From positions 1-64,000 of the forward strand of contig JBHIAE010000007.1 in the NCBI GenBank assembly GCA_046758445.1: a stretch of DNA of 64,000 nucleotides. The letters are read 5' to 3'. This document shows positions 38,465 through 47,567 of the stretch, piece by piece. How positions within the stretch are numbered: the stretch's first letter is position 1; each line of letters begins with the position of its first letter. The notes beneath the pieces are model-generated. The model worked only from the letters and a program-made list of their open reading frames with translations. It did not search any database and was not told the DNA's origin. The position numbers were made by a program, and so were the translations under genes. Source of the stretch: Candidatus Thorarchaeota archaeon. GTDB lineage: Archaea; Asgardarchaeota; Thorarchaeia; Thorarchaeales; Thorarchaeaceae.

Positions 38465-40353
38465 GCCTCCTCTTGTTTGATCGCACGTTGAGGACATACG
38501 TCTACACAGGTTCCACACAGGTTGCAGAGAGTTTCTTCAATCACAGCCTTCTCACTTTCCGAATCGAGAAACATGGCTGGACAGGACAGACGATTCAAAC
38601 AACGTTTGCATGCATTACATAGCTTCTCGTCCACGTAGTAATCTGGAGGATACTCTCCTGTTCTGCGTCGATCAGCAACAGTGAGAAGAGCACAGGGTGC
38701 CTTTGACACCAGCACTGCAGGCGCTCCGTTCTCCCTTACCCAGGTTACCATTTCTCGGACTTGAGCAACAAGATTTGCCAGGGACGCGAATGGATCTACA
38801 TCCATCACATACTCCACTCCAAGACCCCTGCATGCTTCTGCTATGTCCAGAGGGGGTACCTCTTCTTGCATTCCAGTGATTCCAGTACCAGGGTGTGGCT
38901 GGTGGCCAGTCATTGCTGTGGTGCGATTGTCAAGGACAACCAGACTGATTGGGTGACGATTGTAGACAGCATTTGCAATCCCAGGAAGACCAGATGCAAA
39001 GAATGTACTATCACCTATCGTCGCCACGACATCTTGGTTTGTCACACGTGCAAGGCCGCAAGCAGTGGTTATTGATGATCCCATGTCAAACAGAATGTCT
39101 GCTGTTTCTAGTGGTGGTGCAATGCTCAGAGTGTAACACCCTATGTCTGACGGGTATATTGCCTTGCCACGTGTTGCACTTCTGATAGCATAGTATGTGG
39201 CTCTATGTGGGCATCCTGCACACAGCAACGGCGGTCTCGGAGGAAGATCTGGGAGCTTTTTCGCCTTCTCATCAATAGCTCTCCAGTTAATACTTGTATT
39301 ACGATTCATAATCCTTGAGAGAGCTTCAATGACAATTCTTGGACTGTATTCGTGTGCACGAGAGAAGTAGTCCTGTTCTTTCCCCACGATTTCAACCGGG
39401 ATTGATCTTAGTTGTGCTATTCGTCGTGCATGTGTTTCAAGGAAAGGTTCAAGCTCCTCAACAACGACAACTCTCTTGTGACGCTTCAGAAACTCGATGA
39501 TAGTCTTCTCAGGAACTGGATGTGTCATACCTAGCTTGAGAACTTCTGCGTCGAGCTTCATGATACTAAGGGCTTCAAGGACGTAGTTGTAAGAGACCCC
39601 GCTGGTAAGGATTCCAAGATCACCTTGTCCATGTGTGAAGTTGAGAGATGTGGATTCCGAGATCTCAGTCGCTTTCTTCATCAATTCCAAGAGTATTGGA
39701 TGGCGCTTTCTGGCAACGGAAGGTATTGGAACAAAACGAAGAGGCTCCTTGACGAAGTCCACAGTGTCTGGTCTCTCTTTGATTCCACCAAACTCAACCG
39801 GGGCTCTGGTGTGGTTGACACGAGTGGTAGTCCTAAAAAGTACAGGTAATTCCAGTTCTTCCGATATCTCGTAAGCTCTCAGCAACATCTCCTTGGCTTC
39901 TGCAGGATCTGCTGGCTCAATCATTGGCATGTTGCCCATTAGTGCATAGTATCTACTATCATTCTCGTTCTGAGAGCTCCACATGCTTGGATCATCTGCG
40001 ACTACAATCACCATACCAGCACGTACACCAACATATGCCAGAGAGAAGAACGGATCTGCTGCCACGTTGAGACCTGGCCCTTTGCAGACCATCATAGATC
40101 TTACACCTGCTACGGCAGCGGCTCCAGCCACTTCTAAAGCAACCTTCTCATTTGCACTGAACTCAAAGTAGAAGTTACATATGTGTGGTGCCATGGATGT
40201 TAGATTATTCCCTATCTCACTGCTTGGGGTTCCAGGATATAGTGCAACTAGACGAACTCCAGCTTCGAGAACTCCACGAGCAATTGCTTCGTTTGCCAGA
40301 AGTAGGGCCTTCTTGCCAGCTTTATCTTCAAGTAGTTCTTTTGGCCTGGTCAA
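38461..40353 (-). CDS. iorA: Indolepyruvate:ferredoxin oxidoreductase alpha subunit
   Basis: NEAIARG, YPGTPSSE, SSQNE.D, CAGCPHR, DIGCY, GDSTF, TAMTGHQ and a C-terminal 2x[4Fe-4S] ferredoxin. Confidence 0.96.
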   Translation of the reverse strand: MTRPKELLEDKAGKKALLLANEAIARGVLEAGVRLVALYPGTPSSEIGNNLTSMAPHICNFYFEFSANEKVALEVAGAAAVAGVRSMMVCKGPGLNVAADPFFSLAYVGVRAGMVIVVADDPSMWSSQNENDSRYYALMGNMPMIEPADPAEAKEMLLRAYEISEELELPVLFRTTTRVNHTRAPVEFGGIKERPDTVDFVKEPLRFVPIPSVARKRHPILLELMKKATEISESTSLNFTHGQGDLGILTSGVSYNYVLEALSIMKLDAEVLKLGMTHPVPEKTIIEFLKRHKRVVVVEELEPFLETHARRIAQLRSIPVEIVGKEQDYFSRAHEYSPRIVIEALSRIMNRNTSINWRAIDEKAKKLPDLPPRPPLLCAGCPHRATYYAIRSATRGKAIYPSDIGCYTLSIAPPLETADILFDMGSSITTACGLARVTNQDVVATIGDSTFFASGLPGIANAVYNRHPISLVVLDNRTTAMTGHQPHPGTGITGMQEEVPPLDIAEACRGLGVEYVMDVDPFASLANLVAQVREMVTWVRENGAPAVLVSKAPCALLTVADRRRTGEYPPDYYVDEKLCNACKRCLNRLSCPAMFLDSESEKAVIEETLCNLCGTCVDVCPQRAIKQEEA

Positions 40354-40472
40354 CTACTGAGCCTCCGATCTCCCGGTCATTCTGGGACGAATCGACGGGG
40401 AGAGTGTATCATGTATCAACCTTGTGGTATTGGATGATGATACTTGGTTTCTATGACATGCAATGTGTACAT

Positions 40473-40490
40473 TGTATTACAAGTATTATG
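40473..40490. repeat. 9-bp tandem array TGTATTACA-AGTATTATG
   Basis: ATTGTATTACAAG (40471-40483) is identical to 32223-32235; lies immediately left of the origin-like region. Confidence 0.65.
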
Positions 40491-40500
40491 ATAGGGCTGT

Positions 40501-40738
40501 GAACACGTGTTCTAATAATGCCGCCGTGATACTCAGATATTACGGGACAACACCCCTTCATTTCCACTGGAGATGACCAATGGAGTTTCTTGAGCGGGTT
40601 ATATTATAAGTAATTAAAATGGAGATGTATAACAGCTTCAGAAACACCTATTTATATTTTCTGATTTCTAATCGCAACATAAGTCAATTGAATTTCTACT
40701 GGAAACCAAGGGGTCCATGGGTATTAGAACACGTGTTC
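40501..40738. other. Putative replication origin: two inverted ORB elements flanking an AT-rich DUE, framed by 17-bp inverted repeats
   Basis: ORB on the minus strand at 40552-40573 (TCTCCAGTGGAAATGAAGGGGT); ORB on the plus strand at 40694-40714 (TTCTACTGGAAACCAAGGGGT); AT-rich 40599-40693; IR 40501-40517/40722-40738. Confidence 0.75.
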
Positions 40739-40741
40739 CAA

Positions 40742-41065
40742 TTACCACCCAACCTCTTCAATTACCTCATAGACCTTCAGAACTAGGATATCCATGTAGG
40801 ATAAGAAGAACTGATCGAAGATTGACTTGAAATCACCAGGCACTAGAATCGCGGAGTCAGCAACCGCCTGAGCACCTTCGCATTGGTCGATCAATCCTGC
40901 TTTCTTCCTTTGGCGAATCCCACTTCTTGTCTTCCAGGAATAGACATAACCGTGGAGCTCCTTCGTGAAAGAAACTCTACGTGCATTGACTTGGCGAGCC
41001 CGTTTACAGTCATAGAGGTAGAGAAAGTACGATGACAACTCTGACAACCACATACTGGAACACAT
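40742..41065 (-). CDS. Small hypothetical protein adjacent to putative origin
   Basis: 107 aa with alternating beta/alpha pattern (YLYD..., FTKELHGY, GLI, SAILVP). Confidence 0.55.
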   Translation of the reverse strand: MCSSMWLSELSSYFLYLYDCKRARQVNARRVSFTKELHGYVYSWKTRSGIRQRKKAGLIDQCEGAQAVADSAILVPGDFKSIFDQFFLSYMDILVLKVYEVIEEVGW

Positions 41066-41180
41066 GTTCTCATTTTCAGACCGAGTAATACCGAGTATTG
41101 GATGGAAAGGTTAAAGCGGACGGAGAATCCCCCGCGACGTACCTCCAGATACACACTTGCAACAAGACGGAAGAGATCTC

Positions 41181-42497
41181 ATGAACACTATTGGTCTTCG
41201 AAAAGAGGAGAAGCCTTTCGAGACAAGAGTACCTGTTGTACCTAGGCACATTATAGAGCTATCAAAGAAGCACCGAATTCAATTCATTGTTGAACCTAGT
41301 GACCAACGTGCATTTGACATGAAGGAGTTCACAGAGGTCGGAGCTGAAGTTGGCCAATTAGAGGGAAGAAGCATCCCAGTCATCCTGGGAATCAAGGAGA
41401 TGCCATCAGACTTCTTCAAGAAGAACACAGTCTATGTCTTCTTCAGTCACACTGTCAAGGGACAGAAGCAAAACATGCCGATGTTAAAGAGAATCCTTGA
41501 TGTGGGTGCAACACTAATAGACTATGAACGAGTTGTCGACGATAAGGGTCGAAGGCTGATCTTCTTCGGTAACTGGGCTGGCATGGCTGGAATATCAGAC
41601 ACACTCCGAGTTCTCGGACGCCGCCTTGACCTCAAAGAGGTCACACCAAACCCCTTCTCTGCAATGAAGCCCACCCTAGAAACAAGGAATCTTGCAGAGC
41701 TAAAGGAGGAGTTTCAAAGTCTAGGCCATCGAATTGCTGATGAGGGCCTGCCCAACCACCTGATTCCATTCATTGTAGGTTTCGCAGGATACGGTAATGT
41801 TTCACGTGGTGCACAAGAGATGTTTGATCTTCTTCCTCATGAAGAAGTCCAACCTGAACAGATCTCTGAAATCCCCAATCCAAAAGACAACATCCTCTAC
41901 AAGTGCGTCTTCAAGGAAGAGCATATGGTGGAACCTAAGGATCCCACAACGGACTTCGTTCTGCAGGACTACTACAAGAATGGGTCAACCAAGTATCAGG
42001 GAGTCTTTCACAAGTATGTTCCTTACCTCTCGGTAGTCTTGAACTGCATCTACTGGACTGACAAGTATCCGCGACTTGTGACAAAGGCGTTCATCCAAGA
42101 ACACTGGCATGACAAGAATCGCAAACTCGAGGTGATAGGTGACATCTCATGCGATGTCGAGGGAGCAATCCAATTCACTACTCGATGCACGGATCCCGGA
42201 GCTCCAGCGTTCACATACATTGTGGATGAAGACCGGGCAGAACTTGGTGTGTCAGGTGACGGTCCTGTAGTAATGGCCGTTGATAATCTTCCATGTGAAC
42301 TCCCACGCGAGTCTTCTGCTTCATTCAGCGAAACGCTTTTGGACTATGTGCCTGCGCTTGCAAAAGCAGACTTCACAGTGCCATTCGAGCAGCTCATCCT
42401 TCCCAGAGAGCTCAAGGACGCAGTGATTGTGTATCAGGGAGAACTCACGGAAGACTACAAGTATCTAAATCAATACCTAGCAGCAAAGGAGAACTGA
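41181..42497 (+). CDS. Lysine-ketoglutarate reductase (AlaDH/PNT-fold, AASS N-terminal-like)
   Basis: GIKE, FFSHTVKGQ.QNM, LIDYE, FFG..AG.AG, GYGNVSRGAQE, NCIYW, DISCD and MAVDNLPCELP motifs. Confidence 0.88.
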   Translation: MNTIGLRKEEKPFETRVPVVPRHIIELSKKHRIQFIVEPSDQRAFDMKEFTEVGAEVGQLEGRSIPVILGIKEMPSDFFKKNTVYVFFSHTVKGQKQNMPMLKRILDVGATLIDYERVVDDKGRRLIFFGNWAGMAGISDTLRVLGRRLDLKEVTPNPFSAMKPTLETRNLAELKEEFQSLGHRIADEGLPNHLIPFIVGFAGYGNVSRGAQEMFDLLPHEEVQPEQISEIPNPKDNILYKCVFKEEHMVEPKDPTTDFVLQDYYKNGSTKYQGVFHKYVPYLSVVLNCIYWTDKYPRLVTKAFIQEHWHDKNRKLEVIGDISCDVEGAIQFTTRCTDPGAPAFTYIVDEDRAELGVSGDGPVVMAVDNLPCELPRESSASFSETLLDYVPALAKADFTVPFEQLILPRELKDAVIVYQGELTEDYKYLNQYLAAKEN

Positions 42498-42499
42498 CT

Positions 42500-43825
42500 A
42501 TGATGAATGTACTCTGTCTGGGTGCAGGCCTTGTGGCCCGCCCCTACGTTCAATACCTTAGTGACTATGGTTTTCATGTCACAGTTGCGAGCAGAACCAA
42601 GAGCAAAGCAGATCGCCTCATCACAGGCTGCAAGAACGCTGAGGCTACAGCTTTCAATATCAAGACTGACGACAGTCTTCTTGAGAAACTAACAGCCGAG
42701 GCTGACTTGATCTGCTCACTTCTCCCATACACTTACCACGTCGAAGCCGCAAAAGTGGCAATCAAGCATGCCAAACCATTCTGCACAACATCATACATCT
42801 CAGAGGAAATGCAAGGACTAGACGAGGCCGCTAAGGCAGCGGGGATTCTGATTCTCAACGAGTGTGGCGTGGATCCTGGGATTGACCACATGAGTGCTAT
42901 GAAGATTATTGATCATGTCCACAATCAAGGTGGGAAGATAGACAGCTTCACCTCCTTCACAGGCGGTCTCCCTGCTCCAGAGGCCAACAATAATCCATTT
43001 GGATACAAACTGTCCTGGAGTCCCAGAGGAGTTCTACTCGCTGGTCGAAACGATGCCCACTTCCTTCGAGATGGCAAGGAAGTCAGAATCCCGGGACCTG
43101 AGCTCTTTGACAACTATGAGATAATGGAGGTTCCTGGAATGGGCAAGTTCGAGGGATATCCCAATCGCGATAGCATGTCATTCATTGACACGTACACGAT
43201 TCCTGAAACCAACACTATACTGCGAGGCACCTTCAGAAATCTCGGCTGGTGCAGCATACTCAAGAAGATTGCAGACCTTGGACTCTTGTCACTCGAGGAA
43301 CGCAGCTTTGATGGAATGACCTTTGCTGATATGATGTACGAATTGGTGGGTTCCAAGGAACTAGGACTCTCAGAAGCGGTCTCAAAGACCATTGACCTCA
43401 AGAGTGATGATCCGGTAATCTCACGTCTTGAATGGCTTGGACTGTTCAGCACTCAGAAGATTCCTCCTGGTATCAATACATATCTGGACGTACTCTGCAA
43501 TCTCTTTGAAGAGAAGCTACAATATGCTCCTGGCGAAAGAGACATGATTGTCATGCATCACGAGTTCATTGCTGAGTACTCAGACCGAAAGGAGAGAATC
43601 ACCTCAACATTGATTGACTATGGCATACCCGATGGCGATAGTTCAATGTCCAGAACAGTCACATTACCCGTCGCAATTGCAAGCAAGATGATTCTTGACG
43701 GATCTATTACTCTCACTGGAGTCCACGCCCCAGTACTGCCAGAGCTGTATGAACCAATCCTCAACGAGCTAGAGAATCTAGACATCAAACTGGAAGAGAG
43801 TGTGACTCTGATTACTAAAGATTGA
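42500..43825 (+). CDS. Saccharopine dehydrogenase (glutamate-forming, Lys9/AASS C-terminal-like)
   Basis: GAGLVA, SLLPY, TTSY, NECGVDPGIDH, GGLPAPE..NNPFGYK.SWSP, YPNRDS and RGTFR motifs. Confidence 0.92.
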   Translation: MMNVLCLGAGLVARPYVQYLSDYGFHVTVASRTKSKADRLITGCKNAEATAFNIKTDDSLLEKLTAEADLICSLLPYTYHVEAAKVAIKHAKPFCTTSYISEEMQGLDEAAKAAGILILNECGVDPGIDHMSAMKIIDHVHNQGGKIDSFTSFTGGLPAPEANNNPFGYKLSWSPRGVLLAGRNDAHFLRDGKEVRIPGPELFDNYEIMEVPGMGKFEGYPNRDSMSFIDTYTIPETNTILRGTFRNLGWCSILKKIADLGLLSLEERSFDGMTFADMMYELVGSKELGLSEAVSKTIDLKSDDPVISRLEWLGLFSTQKIPPGINTYLDVLCNLFEEKLQYAPGERDMIVMHHEFIAEYSDRKERITSTLIDYGIPDGDSSMSRTVTLPVAIASKMILDGSITLTGVHAPVLPELYEPILNELENLDIKLEESVTLITKD

Positions 43826-43838
43826 CCTTGTTCAGAAG

Positions 43839-44477
43839 CTATTTGCCTACATGAAGCTGGATAGAAGCAAGAATTCCCTCGGCTCTTTCAGCTTCTTTCT
43901 GGACTTCTGAGATTTCAGTCTTGAGTCGATACGTATAGCCCGAACGATTCCCATATCTCTCAAGATGTCCCTTTCCATCATTCCACATTCGGGCAAGGTA
44001 CGTAGAGGCAGTGCTCTTTGGCAATTCATCATTGAAGGTTGCTTGAAAAATCTCAGCAACATCCAAGGAAGAGAACTTGCCGTGCTTGAAGGATGCGTAT
44101 ATCACAATGTGCATCTTCTCATAGCTACTCATTGACTCATAGCTGATCTCTTCAATCCCAGCATCAACTGCTTCTTCCTTCTCCGGAGCAAAGGAATGGC
44201 CCGTACTCGCCTCCAAGAACACTTTGAATTTCTCGAACATCTCCTTTATGCTGCCGCCCTCGACTTGGAAACTAGACTCTTCTCTCTTGGACTCATCACG
44301 CACTACAATTCTGAAGTCAAACGGCTCTTCAGTGAGAGAGAGAATCCTTCGGAATCTTGTTAATGCCTCATCAGGCTTAACGTATTTGCACTGGAAGATC
44401 TCTCGTAGACCCGGGCCGGAGTTGTATGTGAACTCGTACAGATACCCGGTTCTCTCTTCGGTCTTCAAAGTATTCAC
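43839..44477 (-). CDS. Two-domain protein with C-terminal winged helix
   Basis: FSSLDVAEIF...LPKSTASTYLARM...LERYG....YTYRL wHTH pattern. Confidence 0.75.
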   Translation of the reverse strand: MNTLKTEERTGYLYEFTYNSGPGLREIFQCKYVKPDEALTRFRRILSLTEEPFDFRIVVRDESKREESSFQVEGGSIKEMFEKFKVFLEASTGHSFAPEKEEAVDAGIEEISYESMSSYEKMHIVIYASFKHGKFSSLDVAEIFQATFNDELPKSTASTYLARMWNDGKGHLERYGNRSGYTYRLKTEISEVQKEAERAEGILASIQLHVGK

Positions 44478-44954
44478 CCAGTTCCTTGTTTGCCTTGAGT
44501 TGGCTCAGTGCATAGGCCGTGTTCACAAGTATCTAAATTCGTTTCTCAAATAAGTGTGAGTATGTGAATTGCCAATACCATGGTAACGGCTACATAATGC
44601 GTCTGTAGGCATTCAGAACACGTCCATTATGCTATAACTGTGCTGGCAGCTTGTGAATTCCCTAAAACACAAAAAAAGGCCTATGATGCCTCTAAATCGA
44701 AAATTCGGACTATTCTCCAGTTCTTCTCCTGTTCACCAAACTATGTACTTTGTGAATGACTCAACAAGCATTTCATATCTCTAGTTATCCCGTTCCACTG
44801 GAAACCAAGGGGTGGCTTCATTCACAAGACTACGGACCTTTATGGGGTCCCTTCAGTCCACATGGAATGATTTGAGGTCAGTTTCCTGTAGACTATTCAC
44901 AAAAAGGGCGCCATTCACATGCGTTGACTGTGAAAACGTGTAAATGTCGTGAAT
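44472..44954. other. Second origin-like/regulatory region: single ORB plus dispersed TGTGAAT/ATTCACA iteron-like motifs
   Basis: ORB GTTCCACTGGAAACCAAGGGGT at 44792-44813; exact heptamers at 44563, 44652, 44751, 44820, 44895 and 44913, plus near matches. Confidence 0.6.
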
Positions 44955-44957
44955 CTG

Positions 44958-45986
44958 TCAACGAAACGTGACTTGAACTGGCATCAGGAAGTCTTCGGGA
45001 CTTTCTCCAAGTACAAGCTGTTGATAGCTTTCTCCACTCTCGCTGTTGTCAACAGTTTCGAGTCGACCTCTTGCTTTGATATGAGAACCTCTGGAGGTAT
45101 GTTCAGCAAAACGACCACGATAGCTGATCAGTTTCTTGAGTTCTGGTGACTCATCACATTGCACATGATAGATACATGGAGTGAAAATCGAATCGGAATC
45201 ATCTATCACCGAACATACTGCCTCTCGAATACCTTCGTTTCTGAGAGTGAGGTCATCATAACCATAGTCCATCTCTCTTGGCAGTTTTACAGCTCTCACG
45301 AAGAAATCAATTGAGTCAAATACGCCCTGGAAGGCCTTCTCAGATTCTATTACTTGTAATACAGACTTCCATTTGTCAAGGGCTTTCCATCTGAAGTCTA
45401 CATGTTTCTGAAGCCGCTCACCACTGTATCGGCTGATACCCGGCAGTTGATCTATGTCATTTTTCAAGACAGAGTGAAGTCTTCTGGCTGGGTCTGAACC
45501 ATATACAACGAGGTCGATATCGGAGTCAGTGGCACTAAGACTAACAAGCTGAGATCCTGTGAGACCCATGTCAGACCAATCGATGCGAGCACGTTCAACA
45601 AGCGTTTGAGCAAGGACACGGGACGCATCTTCGAGATGAGTTAGATGCTCTCCAAGGTCTCTAAGTTGACGCAGACCATCAATGGGACTTAGGACATAAG
45701 CAATGCAATCAACCGGGACTGTTTGGAATACTCTTCCACGTTTCCTGTCAGACCACAGATACTCTGGGTACTTCTCACGAAGGTACTGTTCACGATCCTT
45801 CAACCCGTATATCTTGTTGAATCTTGTACCATCTTTTGACTGACGATCTCCATTGCTATCAGGAACGTATCTCAGATATGCAATCAAACGATCGCGAGGA
45901 TGTACAACTCCCTTGACTTCAAACACGAGACCATCATCAGTTACAATGAAGTAACCCTCAATGGGTTGAGAGCTGAAGGACTTCAC
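44958..45986 (-). CDS. Predicted nucleotidyltransferase (Pol-beta fold, COG1665-like)
   Basis: FEVKGVVHP, AYLRY, GLTGS...SDIDLVVYG and SYRGRF motifs. Start is likely the GTG at 45986 (ORF track 46043). Confidence 0.8.
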   Translation of the reverse strand: MKSFSSQPIEGYFIVTDDGLVFEVKGVVHPRDRLIAYLRYVPDSNGDRQSKDGTRFNKIYGLKDREQYLREKYPEYLWSDRKRGRVFQTVPVDCIAYVLSPIDGLRQLRDLGEHLTHLEDASRVLAQTLVERARIDWSDMGLTGSQLVSLSATDSDIDLVVYGSDPARRLHSVLKNDIDQLPGISRYSGERLQKHVDFRWKALDKWKSVLQVIESEKAFQGVFDSIDFFVRAVKLPREMDYGYDDLTLRNEGIREAVCSVIDDSDSIFTPCIYHVQCDESPELKKLISYRGRFAEHTSRGSHIKARGRLETVDNSESGESYQQLVLGESPEDFLMPVQVTFR

Positions 45987-46046
45987 AAGAATGTAGATAC
46001 GAGGCCAACAATTAAAGAGACCCCTCTCCTCAAGTACCAACACATT

Positions 46047-47261
46047 ATGACTCCAGAATTGAACATAAGACCTGATTTCAGCATATTCGAAACCGAGCCC
46101 GAACTTGTATACCTTGATTCTGCAAGCACCTCTCTGGTTCCAAGAGTTGCTGTAGATGCGACAAGTGAGTTCCTCAGAAACACAGTTTCATCAACAAGAC
46201 GTGGAGCTCATCACCTAGCTGTACATGCAAGCACCATGGTCGAGGACGTTCGTAACTCGCTAGCCAGTTTCTTTGACACTGATAAATCTCAAATCTCCTT
46301 TCAAAAGTCCATTCCTACGACAGTTGCATCACTGACATATGGTCTTGATTGGAAGGGAACTAAGAGAAACAAGATAGTCATCGCTCAGAGTGAGGAACAC
46401 TCTGTAATGGTTGCACTTCTAAGAGTGGCTGAGCTCCTCAATCTCGAAGTGCAACTGGTCCCAGTTGACGATGAGGGCAACCTAGACATGGAGAGTCTTG
46501 AACGGGCTGTAGACGAAACAACTGGGATTGTTGCTGTAAACCATGTCGCTGTCGGTATCGGAACAAGAAATCCCATACCTCAGATTGCTAAAGTATCACA
46601 TGAAAATGGTGCATTGTTACTTACAGACGCGACACAGTCAGCAGGAGTTTCCGAGGTGAATCCTAGTGCCCTAAGTGCAGATGTCATCCTGTTCTCAGCC
46701 AACATTGGGCTCATGGCACCCCCCGGTCTAGTTATTCAGTGGATCGACAAGTCAATAGGGGAGAATCACCGACCAGGCATTCTTGGGGGTTCAGCAGTTG
46801 CAGATGTCATGCATGGATCCTTCGAACTCGCGTTCCAACCCGACAAGTTCGAGTCTGGAATGCTAAATGTACCTGCTATTGCTGGCCTAGGAGCATCACT
46901 GGAGTATCTACGACAACTGCAAGCTCGGGGTCTTGCCAGATACATGAATGAAATCTCGTCCTATATGATAGGACGTCTAAGTGAGATGCAAACCCTGACT
47001 CTTTATGGTAATCGAAACGAAAACAACACAATCGTAGGATTCAATGTTGGAGCCGAGAACGGAATGAACTGTCATGAGGTCGCACTCTTTCTTGATGACT
47101 CAAATATTGCTGTACGAAGCGGACTAGTGTGCGCACATCCACTCATCAAACCAATGTCAGAAGAAGGGATCATTCAAGCATCTCTTCACGCATACAACTC
47201 AATTTCAGACATCGACCGATTCGTAGACTCACTACAGACCATTGTTAGGGAACTTCTCTAA
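46047..47261 (+). CDS. SufS-like class V aminotransferase-fold protein lacking the canonical PLP lysine
   Basis: YLDSAST, EEHS, DATQSAG, FESG..N and VRSGLVCA motifs; the SxHK motif reads SANI. Confidence 0.8.
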   Translation: MTPELNIRPDFSIFETEPELVYLDSASTSLVPRVAVDATSEFLRNTVSSTRRGAHHLAVHASTMVEDVRNSLASFFDTDKSQISFQKSIPTTVASLTYGLDWKGTKRNKIVIAQSEEHSVMVALLRVAELLNLEVQLVPVDDEGNLDMESLERAVDETTGIVAVNHVAVGIGTRNPIPQIAKVSHENGALLLTDATQSAGVSEVNPSALSADVILFSANIGLMAPPGLVIQWIDKSIGENHRPGILGGSAVADVMHGSFELAFQPDKFESGMLNVPAIAGLGASLEYLRQLQARGLARYMNEISSYMIGRLSEMQTLTLYGNRNENNTIVGFNVGAENGMNCHEVALFLDDSNIAVRSGLVCAHPLIKPMSEEGIIQASLHAYNSISDIDRFVDSLQTIVRELL

Positions 47262-47273
47262 GCACCCTGAATG

Positions 47274-47522
47274 TCAACCGACACCAAAGGCAGGAGGATA
47301 CGTCACAAAATACTGTACTATGATGGCAAGAAGTATTCCACTCATGACCAAACCTTTGCCTCTTTTTGTATTAGTTTCAGTAAACCAAAGGATTGCTCCA
47401 ATCAGCACAACAATTGCAGCTGACACTCTGCCAATAAACACCAGAAACTCCCAGATCTCTGCAAAGTATGTTGCTATGAGATTGGCAAAGTCTACTATAG
47501 GACTGAGAAACTCACCCTGCAT
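47274..47522 (-). CDS. Small membrane protein resembling VirB2/TrbC-type pilin
   Basis: Two hydrophobic helices separated by a short basic loop (IGAILWF-TETNTKRGK-GLVMSGILLAII). Confidence 0.55.
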   Translation of the reverse strand: MQGEFLSPIVDFANLIATYFAEIWEFLVFIGRVSAAIVVLIGAILWFTETNTKRGKGLVMSGILLAIIVQYFVTYPPAFGVG

Positions 47523-47567
47523 TAGTTTCACACAAAGATTGGTTCTCCAAGTTCAGATTTAAAGTCC

